This document shows positions 19,407 through 28,500 of a stretch of 64,000 nucleotides of DNA, in pieces; the stretch's first letter is position 1; each line of letters starts with the position of its first letter. Origin of the DNA: an uncultured cyanobacterium (GTDB lineage Bacteria; Cyanobacteriota; Cyanobacteriia; Cyanobacteriales; Nostocaceae). The translations under genes were made by a program, and so were the position numbers. The stretch lies in NCBI GenBank assembly GCA_963706595.1, contig OY970166.1, positions 4,672,001 to 4,736,000 of the forward strand, read 5' to 3'. A model generated the notes under the pieces. It did no database searches, was not told the origin of the DNA, and was given only the letters and a program-made list of their open reading frames with translations.

Positions 19407-21808
19407 GTCAATTTGAACAGCAACCATTAAATTTATCAAGTCACAAGCGGGCTTTATTAAAAAAGCTACAACAGCAGCAAGGAATAAAGGGAGTATCAAC
19501 ACAGAAAATTCCCCAAAGGACGACAGAGGGAGAACTTCCACTTTCTTATTCTCAAGAGTGGATGTGGTTACTGGAACAACTGACTCCTACTGTTTACAAC
19601 AATCCCCTGACTCTGAAATTAACTGGTCAACTCAATTACAAAAGCTTAGAAAGAGCCTTGAATGAAATTGTAGTTCGCCATGAAGCGCTGAGAACAAAAT
19701 CTTATTTATCAGCAGGAATAACAAAACAATTTATTGCGCCTCCCTCAGATTATATTCTCTCAATTGTTGATGTATCGTCAGCATCAGAAGCTAGAGAACA
19801 GCTAATAGCAGAAACTAAACGCCCTTTTCAATTGGAAAAAGACTTGCCTTGGCGTGCAGTTTTATTCCGCATCAGCGAAATTGAACATTGGTTTCATCTC
19901 ACCTTACATCACATCGTTGATGACGATCAATCTGATGTACTTTGGGTTAAGGAACTGACTGTTTTATATGAAGCATTTTCAGAAAATCGTCCATCACCTC
20001 TATCTGAATTACCCATTCAATACGCAGATTTTGCGCTTTGGCAGCGAGAGCAATTACAAGGAGAAAATTACCAAAAACTTCTAAATTACTGGCAAAATCA
20101 ACTAGGAGATTTACCCCCTGCTCTCAATTTACCATTTAAGCAACAACCAGACTTAAAAACATTAGCAGGTGATCAAGAACAGATCAGACTTTCCCCAGAA
20201 TTAACCAGTTCCTTAAAATACCTGAGTCAGCAAGCACAGGTGACTTTTTTCACGCTACTTTTGACTACTTTAAAAATCTTGCTTTATCGCTATACAGGGC
20301 AAAGTGATTTAATAGTTGGTACTCCTACTTCTTGGCGACAAAAACCGGAAACTCAGAGTTTAATCGGGGTTTTCATGAATAACTTAGTATTACGCAGTAA
20401 GCTATCAGGAGATATTAGTTTTCTGACATTCTTAAGACAAGTACAAGATACGGTTTTAGAAGCCCAAGAGCATAGTAACTTCCCCTATCTAGAACTGGTT
20501 ACTCAGTTGGAGAATGGTGGCGTTGATAAAGGAAACTCTCTATTTGAGGTAATGCTGGATTTTCAAGGTCAGTCATTACCAGTAAGGGAGGTTTCTGGTT
20601 TAACTTGGGAATCCCTGGAAATTAATCCTAAAACTGCAAAAGTTCCTCTTGCTTTACACCTGGAAGAAGACAATGGAGAATTGAAAGGCTTTTTTGGATA
20701 TAGCACTGGTTTATTTGATTGAGATACTATTATTCGTGCTGTTGGACATTTTGAAACCTTATTAGAAGGGATTGTTGCTAATCCTGATCAACTTATTTCT
20801 AAGTTACCTTTGTTAACAACTTCTGAGCAACAACAAATTTTAGTTGAGTGGAATCAGACTGAGACAGAATACCCACAAGATAAGTGTATTCATCAATTAT
20901 TTGAGGAACAGGTTGAGAAAATGCCAGATGCGATTGCAGTTGTGTTTGAAGATCAACAACTAACTTATCAACAGTTGAATGAAAAAGCTAATCAACTAGC
21001 ACATTACTTACAAGAAATTGGAGTCAAACCAGAGGTTTTAGTAGGGATTTGTATAGAACGTTCTCTGGAGATGATAGTAGGATTATTAGGGATTCTCAAA
21101 GCGGGAGGAGCTTATGTTCCTCTTGATCCTAATTCTCCCCATGAGCGAATGGAGTATCTATTTGCCGATGCTCAATTTAGTTTATTGATCACAAAAAAAA
21201 GAGCATCATTAAATTTCCCAAAATCCTATCCTTTGATAATTGATATAGATGAGTGTTCAGACGTATTACAACATCAGAGTAAATCTAATTGTCAAAGTGG
21301 TGTAACAGCTAGAAATTTAGGATATGTCATTTATACATCTGGTTCAACTGGACAGCCAAAAGGTGTATTAGTTGAACATAGAAGTGTAGCCAACTTTTTG
21401 TATTTTCGTAACAACGAAATTTTTAAACCAGATGAGTTAAAAGCAGGAACAGTCACAGCTTCTATTTACTTTGATGCTAGTGTTGCTCAAATTTTCTCTC
21501 CCCTAATCATAGGTGGTAAAATCGTTATCATTCCCGAAATAGGCCAATTATTTAAATGGATAGAGCAGGAAAGAATTACTTGTTTAACCATAGTCCCTTC
21601 ATTATTAGAGCAATTACTCCAAAGCTCTTCCCTACCTGATTCTATTCAGGTTATTGGATTAGGTGGAGAAGCAGTAACTGAAACTTTGCTAAAAGAATTA
21701 GTCCAGCATCCCAACGTTAAAAAAATTATTAATTTATATGGTCCAACAGAAGCCACAATTGGTAGCTGTAGTAGTATCATATATGAGCAAATAAATCATT
21801 CAGTGTGA
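19403..21808 (+). pseudogene. NRPS condensation domain + N-terminal half of an adenylation domain (A1-A5), with an in-frame TGA at 20720-20722
   Basis: ATG 19403 overlaps the upstream stop (ATGA). C-domain motifs LSYSQE and HHIVDDD. ORFs 19379..20722 and 20810..21808 share one frame across a single TGA. A3 YTSGSTGQPKG and A5 NLYGPTE are present, then a stop. Confidence 0.8.
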
Positions 21809-21817
21809 GACTTATCT

Positions 21818-22678
21818 ATGTATTCAAATAATCAAAACATTACATCTAATAACTTATCTAAAAATCATTGGAAAAAAGCTCCCCAATGGTTTGATTTGCT
21901 TAGTTCACCCTTACGTCCAAGTCCTGAAGATATAGATTTTCTGAAACTACAAGTTTTACCTAAACTACAAATAGACTCTGCTGAAACAAAAAAAGTTGTT
22001 TTATTAGGAGTAACACCAGAAATTGCCACTTTACCTTGGTCTGAAAAGACTGAAATTTTAGCTATTGACAGTTCTGATATGATGATTAATACAGTTTGGC
22101 CTCGAGAACAGGTTTCTAGAGGAAAAGCTATTAATGGAAATTGGCAACAACTGCCTTTAGCAGATAATTCCTGTAACCTGGTTTTAGGAGACGGTTGTTT
22201 TACTTTACTTGATTATCCTCATGGCTATAAAACAGTTTTACAAGAAATTCTCAGAGTCCTTAAAACTAACGGATTATGTGTAATGAGATTTTTCTTGCGC
22301 CCAGAGAAAGCTGAGGATTTGCCAACTATATTTGCACAATTACAGAATAAATCTGTTGGTAATTTTCAGGTTTTTAAGTGGCGTTTAGCAATGGCTTTAC
22401 AAAAAAATATTCAGTCAGGAGTTCCAGTCAGAGAAATTTGGCAGGTATGGAATCAAGAAGTTCCTTTCCCAGAAAAACTTATGCAAGAATTGGCATGGTC
22501 GAGCGAATTGCTAGAAACTATAAATATCTATAAAGATTCACCATCTGTTTACACATTTCCCACATTAGCAGAAGTTAGACAGTTGTGTAATTCTGACTTT
22601 ATCGAAGAGTCCTGTTATTTTCCTAGCTATGAGTTGGGAGAACGTTGTCCCACTTTAGTATTTCGCGCTCTCAAGTAA
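21818..22678 (+). CDS. Class I SAM-dependent methyltransferase (atypical motif I)
   Basis: VVLLGVTPE, ILAIDSSDMM, GNWQQLPLADNSCNLVLGDG and EILRVLKTNG. Confidence 0.75.
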   Translation: MYSNNQNITSNNLSKNHWKKAPQWFDLLSSPLRPSPEDIDFLKLQVLPKLQIDSAETKKVVLLGVTPEIATLPWSEKTEILAIDSSDMMINTVWPREQVSRGKAINGNWQQLPLADNSCNLVLGDGCFTLLDYPHGYKTVLQEILRVLKTNGLCVMRFFLRPEKAEDLPTIFAQLQNKSVGNFQVFKWRLAMALQKNIQSGVPVREIWQVWNQEVPFPEKLMQELAWSSELLETINIYKDSPSVYTFPTLAEVRQLCNSDFIEESCYFPSYELGERCPTLVFRALK

Positions 22679-22736
22679 AATTTTTCTGAACCAATATTGT
22701 ATTAAAACGAAGTCACTTTATAGGAGGATGAATTGA

Positions 22737-24305
22737 ATGTTGGATTGCATCGTTATTGGAGGGGGTCCAGGAGGCTTAGTTACTACTAAAGAGCTACTTG
22801 AACAAGGCATAGATAAAGTAGTTTGCTTGGAAAAAACAGAGGAAATAGGCGGTGTTTACATTAATCATGCTTATGATAATTTAATTTTGACTTCTTCTTG
22901 TACATATAGTATGTTTTCAGATTTCTGGATGGGAGATGGAAAACAGCACGAATTCTGGACTAAAAAAGAAGTTGTTGAATATTGGAAAAATTACGCTAAA
23001 CATTTTGGAGTTATAGATAAAATTCGTTTCAACTCTGAAGTTTTATCAATAACTCCACAAGACACAGGAGGATGGCAAGTTGAACTGAAATCACAAGAAA
23101 TTTTACACTCAAAACGAGTAGCATTAGCAATTGGCAATAATAATATCCCTAGTTATCCAGATTGGAAAGAATCATTAACCCAGGTTGAGTTTTTTCATTC
23201 CCAACAATATCGCAATGCTAACGGATTTGTAGATAAAAATGTATTAGTAGTTGGAGGCGGAGAGTCAGGAGCAGATATAGCACTAGAAACATCTAAAGTC
23301 GCCAAAACTTGCTGGAATAGTCTACGGAATTCCGCCGGATGGATTATTCCCAGAAAAAGAGGTGCTTATGCTGCTGACATTGCTACCCATCGAGGGTTAT
23401 ATGGTTTACCAAGGGAATATGGATATACATTTAGTAATCTTCTTATTCAAAATGAATTGAATTACAATGATCCGGTTCATGACACTGTTGTGAAGCTGAA
23501 TCAGAAAATAAAGTCTAAAAACGGAATTTGGGGAATATATGGAACTAAAAACTTGTCATTACCTCAAGCAATTGTTGATCATGGTTGTCAAGTTGTAGGC
23601 GAAATTTCCCAAGTAGAAGATGGAGGTAAAACTTTAATCACTGCGGATGGTGAAATTCTGGAAAATGTAGATGCAGTGGTATTTTGTACAGGTTACAAAA
23701 ACTCTATTTCCTTTCTACCAGATGAGTTTAAAAAAACCGATCCTCGATATCTGTATAAACATATGTTTCATCCAGAATTGCGGGATAAAATTGTTTGGAT
23801 TGGTTGGGCGCGTCCAGGTTATGGTAGCCAATTTCCGATTATGGAAATGCAAGCTAGGTTGTTTGCGTTAATTTGTGCCGATCAAAAAGAACTACCATCT
23901 TTGGAAACTATGAAAGAGGTTGCATTTGTAGATAGAGAAAATTTTTTAAAGCAGTTTGAACATAATGCTGTTCGCATAAGAAGTTTGGTTGATTACCATA
24001 TCTATATGGATGATCTTGCAGATGTAATTGGATGTAAACCGCCATTATGGAAATACTTCTTTTTGCATCCTCGTCTATGGCTACGGATAGTATATGGAGC
24101 AACTCAAGCTACTCAATTTCGTCTCCAAGGACCTGGACAGAAGGAAACTTTAGCTCAAGAGTTTATTAGGAAATTACCTGTAAGTCCCTTCAATCATGTG
24201 GTCAAAGCTGGTTTAATAGGTCGTTTAATTTATGCTTTGAACGCTATAGTTAAACCTATTTCATCTTTACGCTTACGGAAGCTAAAACATAAAACTTTAT
24301 CTTGA
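22737..24305 (+). CDS. Flavin-containing monooxygenase (class B, FMO-like)
   Basis: FAD motif GGGPGG, FMO motif FHSQQYR, NADPH motif GGGESG and FCTGY. RBS AGGAGG upstream. Confidence 0.88.
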   Translation: MLDCIVIGGGPGGLVTTKELLEQGIDKVVCLEKTEEIGGVYINHAYDNLILTSSCTYSMFSDFWMGDGKQHEFWTKKEVVEYWKNYAKHFGVIDKIRFNSEVLSITPQDTGGWQVELKSQEILHSKRVALAIGNNNIPSYPDWKESLTQVEFFHSQQYRNANGFVDKNVLVVGGGESGADIALETSKVAKTCWNSLRNSAGWIIPRKRGAYAADIATHRGLYGLPREYGYTFSNLLIQNELNYNDPVHDTVVKLNQKIKSKNGIWGIYGTKNLSLPQAIVDHGCQVVGEISQVEDGGKTLITADGEILENVDAVVFCTGYKNSISFLPDEFKKTDPRYLYKHMFHPELRDKIVWIGWARPGYGSQFPIMEMQARLFALICADQKELPSLETMKEVAFVDRENFLKQFEHNAVRIRSLVDYHIYMDDLADVIGCKPPLWKYFFLHPRLWLRIVYGATQATQFRLQGPGQKETLAQEFIRKLPVSPFNHVVKAGLIGRLIYALNAIVKPISSLRLRKLKHKTLS

Positions 24306-24346
24306 TAATCAAAGTACATAATCAAAGTACGAGTCTTACAAAAACA

Positions 24347-25189
24347 ATGGGAATATCTATTGGTAAACCGATCTTTAATACACAAGTCTATATTCTTGAT
24401 CAAAACTTAAATCTTCTTCCTGTAGGTATTCCCGGAGAGTTACACATCGGAGGAATTGGTCTATCTAGAGGCTATTTGAGGCGCGATGAACTAAGTGAAA
24501 ATAAGTTTATCCCCAATCCTTTTGGTGAGGGAAAGCTATATAAAACTGGAGATTTAGCTCGTTATCTTCTTAACGGAGAAATTGAATTTCTCGGTCGTCT
24601 AGATGATCAAGTCAAAATACGGGGTTTCCGTATTGAATTAGGAGAAATTAAAAATTCTTTATCTCAGCATGATCAAATCCGAGAAACCTTAGTTATTGCC
24701 TACGAAGATTTAGTTGAAAAGCGATTAGTTGCTTATTTTGTTAGCCGTGCTGATGACGCTATTTCTAATCAAGACTTACGAGAGTTTCTAGGGCAAAAAT
24801 TACCCTCTTACATGATTCCGTCTGCTTTTCTACAAATAGAGAAGTTTCCCTTAACTACCAGTGGCAAAATCGACCGTCGCGCTTTACCAAAACCGAGTTT
24901 TGAGCAGATTAATACAGAGTTTGTTCCCCCTCGCACTGAGATAGAAGTCAAAATTGCCGAGATTTGGTCACAAGTTTTGGGGATAGATACTATCGGCGTT
25001 GATGATAATTTTTTTGCCGTAGGAGGACATTCACTTTTAGCAACTCAGGTAATTTCCCGCCTGTTCCAAGTGTTTGGTGTCAAACTTTCTTTTATCAGTT
25101 TTTTCTCTACACCTACTATAGCGGGATTAAGTCAGGAAATAGAGAAGTTGCGCGGGGTTAGTGATGATTATGAAGAGGGAGAAATCTGA
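24347..25189 (+). CDS. C-terminal half of the adenylation domain (A6-A10) + PCP + SLiM docking tail
   Basis: SIGKPIFNT, GELHIGG..LSRGY, LYKTGDL, GRLDDQVKIRGFRIELGEI, SGKIDR, GGHSLLA and terminal DDYEEGEI. First ATG is at 24347. Confidence 0.8.
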   Translation: MGISIGKPIFNTQVYILDQNLNLLPVGIPGELHIGGIGLSRGYLRRDELSENKFIPNPFGEGKLYKTGDLARYLLNGEIEFLGRLDDQVKIRGFRIELGEIKNSLSQHDQIRETLVIAYEDLVEKRLVAYFVSRADDAISNQDLREFLGQKLPSYMIPSAFLQIEKFPLTTSGKIDRRALPKPSFEQINTEFVPPRTEIEVKIAEIWSQVLGIDTIGVDDNFFAVGGHSLLATQVISRLFQVFGVKLSFISFFSTPTIAGLSQEIEKLRGVSDDYEEGEI

Positions 25190-25569
25190 ATTATATTCAA
25201 ATTTTACACAAAAACCTCACTATAAGTATCGCTGATTTCCTTGGGCATTGGCAAAAAACACAACCAGATGCGATCGCAATTATAATTCATCGAGAAGAAT
25301 TTGTTGCCCCTACTCATACAACAGAAATTAAATTAGCTCAAATTTGGGAAGAAATATTGAAAATAAAGAACATAGGAATTGATGATAATTTTTTGGACTT
25401 AGGAGGAAATTCTTTACTGGCAACACAAATTATCTTTCGTCTCCGCCCAACCTTTTAGGTAGAAATTTCTCTAAAGAGTTTTTTCAAAACACCTAATATA
25501 GCGGGATTAAGCCAGGAAATAGACAATTTACGCGAGTTTAGTGATAATTATGAGGAGGGGGAAATATGA
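25186..25569 (+). pseudogene. Decayed stand-alone carrier-protein gene (chimera of the loading-gene N-terminus and a PCP with SLiM tail)
   Basis: One frame: (L)NYIQILHKNLTISIADFLGHWQKTQPDAIAII...IDDNFLDLGGNSLLATQ...F*VEI...SDNYEEGEI*. CTG replaces the start and there is a TAG at 25456-25458. Confidence 0.75.
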
Positions 25570-28500
25570 ATTCTATTCAAGTATTATTGGAAGAATTGCA
25601 AGCTGAAAATATTCAGTTGTGGGTTGAGGAAGATCGTCTGCGCTATCGTTGTCCAAATAATGCCCTCACCCCAGAGTTAAGAGAACAGTTATCTGCTCAT
25701 AAATCGGAAATAATTGCTTTTTTGCGACAACAGGAACGAGTGGAAACTATCCCCATTGCTGAGGATGATTTTCTCCCTTTATCCTTCGCCCAGCAACGTT
25801 TGTGGTTTCTCGATCAACTTGAACCAAATCTTGCGGTTTATAATACCCCTCTAGCTTTACGTTTGCAGGGGAATCTTGATATTTCTGCTTTAGAAAAAAG
25901 CCTGGAAAAGATTGTTGAGCGTCATAGTGTTTTGCGTACTAATTTTCCCACGATAGACGGAAAACCTTATCAAAATATAGTATCGGAATTAAGGCTATCC
26001 GTTCCTGTGGTTGATATGCAACATCTTGATTCTGCTACAGCAGAGGCGGAACTTCAAGATATTCTTGTTCAATTCATCAACGAACCTTTTGATTTAGCAG
26101 AAGGAAAGGTAATCAGAAGTCAGATATTTCATATCTCTGCTTCAGAATATATTTTAGTCACTGTTGTACATCATATCGCTTTTGATGCTTGGTCATCAAG
26201 GATTTGGTGGCAGGAGTTAATGAATTTTTATCAGGCTTTTGCTTTCAATGAACCGATATCTTTACCAGAGTTATCGATTCAATATAAAGATTTTGCGGTG
26301 TGGCAAAAATCACGTTTGCAAGGAGATTTTTTAGACCAGGAAGTTAATTACTGGCGAGAAAAACTAGCGGATGCGCCTCAAAATTTGGATCTGCTTACTG
26401 ACAACCCCCGCCCACCTGTACAGACTCACACAGGCGATCGCCAACATTTTCACCTTTCTAGTTCTCAAGTGGTAGCACTCAAACAATTAGGACTGGGTAA
26501 GGGGGCGACTTTGTATATGACTTTACTAACGGCTTTTGCCATCCTGCTGCATCGCTATAGTGGCCAAGAAGATTTTCTGATTGGTTCACCCATTGCTAAC
26601 CGCAACTATACAGAAATTGAAAACTTGATTGGCTTTTTTGTCAATACCCTGGCTTTGCGGATTAATTTAGCTAAAGACATTACTTTCCTGGAACTGCTGC
26701 AACAAGTTCGAGATACTACCCTAGAAGCTTATAGCCATCAAGATATTCCCTTTGAAAAGCTGGTTGAGGAATTGCAACCACAGCGCGATCGCTCCCGTCA
26801 TCCGCTATTTCAAGTCATGTTTGCCCTGCAAAATGTGCAAAGAGCAACCGTGAATTTACCTGACATTAATGTTAGTTCTTTCCCAGTTAGTACCAATACG
26901 AGTAAGTTTGATATCACTGTCATTCTGGAAGAAACCAAGGAAGGATTAAAAGGCTTTTTTGAGTATAGCAATGATTTATTTAATCGAGATACTATTATTC
27001 GTGCTGTTGAACATTTCCAAACATTACTAGAAGGGATTGTTGCTCATCCCGATCAACTTATTTCCCAGTTACCGCTATTCACAAATTCTGAGCAAAAACA
27101 AATTTTAGTTGAGTGGAATCAGACTAAGACAGAATACCCACAGGATAAGTGTATTCATCAATTATTTGAGGAACAGGTCGAGAAAACGCCAGATGCGATC
27201 GCAGTGGTGTTTGAAGATGAACAACTAACTTATCAACAGTTGAATGAAAAAGCTAATCAACTTGCTCATTACCTAAAAGGTTTAGGGGTTGGTACTGATG
27301 TTTTAGTAGGGTTATATGTAGAAAGGTCTGTTGATATTATGGTTGGTATATTAGGCATTCTCAAAGCTGGTGGTGCTTATGTCCCCCTTGACCCCAAATA
27401 TCCATCGGAACGTTTGGCATTAATGATACAGGAGGCTCAAGTTGAGGTTATATTAACACAACAACACCTAATAAATTCACTGCTAAAAACAGAGGCAAAA
27501 ATCATCTGTTTAGATACAGATTGGCAAGTAATATCATCTTCCCATTCTCCTCAATCTTCCCCCAGTCCTCAATCCCCTAATGATCTAGCTTACGTAATTT
27601 ATACATCTGGTTCAACTGGTAAACCCAAAGGCGTTGCTATGCCGCATCGTCCTTTGGTGAACTTAATTACTTGGCAATTACAAACATCCACCATTGAACC
27701 CCAAAGCAGAACACTGCAATACACACCCATTAGTTTTGATGTCTCCTTTCAAGAAATCTTTTCCACCCTGACCACAGGTGGCACATTGGTCTTAATCACC
27801 GATGAGACACGACGCAATCCCAGCAGTTTATTGCAACTTCTTCAGCAACAGCACATCAATCGTTTATTCTTACCCTTTGTTGCCCTACAACAATTAGCTG
27901 AGGTGGTACAGCTAGAAGGTATACTCCTCAGTAGTTTGCAGGAAGTGATTACTGCCGGCGAACAGTTACGGATTACGGAGGCAATCGCACATCTGTTCAC
28001 CCATTTACCCCACTGCACACTACACAACCATTATGGGCCGTCAGAAACTCATGTTGTAACTGCCTATACCTTGACAGGTTCAGCCCAAGATTGGGCGATG
28101 TTACCACCGATTGGTCATCCCATAGCCAATACTCAAATTTATCTCTTAGATGCTTACGGACAACCAGTACCAATTGGGGTAGCAGGGGAATTATATATTG
28201 GGGGTGCTGGTATGGCTAGAGGTTATCTCCATCGTCCTGAACTAACTGCTAAGAAATTTGTTTCCCATCCCTTGAGCCATGAATCAACCGCAAAACTCTA
28301 TCGCACTGGTGATTTAGCACGTTATCTTCCTGATGGAAATGTAGAATTTCTCGGTCGTCTAGATGATCAAGTCAAAATACGGGGTTTCCGTATTGAACTT
28401 GGAGAAGTGGAAGCTGTTCTCAATCAACATCCTCATGTCTTCAATACAGTGGCGATCGCCCGTGAAGACATTCCCGGAGATAAACGCCTCATAGCTTATA

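Noticed and set aside
20720..21808. Programmed UGA recoding (selenocysteine or read-through) of the two in-frame TGAs
   Set aside because: The paralogue has Arg (CGA), not Cys, at the first site, and I see no SECIS-like hairpin after either stop. Simple nonsense mutation or error is more economical.
21812..24302. TTATCT at both ends of the MT-FMO block as a target-site duplication
   Set aside because: It is only 6 bp in AT-rich DNA, and excision between the copies does not restore an open A-domain frame.
24240..24350. FMO originally fused in frame to the A-domain C-half
   Set aside because: The FMO frame ends in tandem TGA TAA. Removing the 13-bp duplication gives a different frame that hits TAA at 24283-24285.
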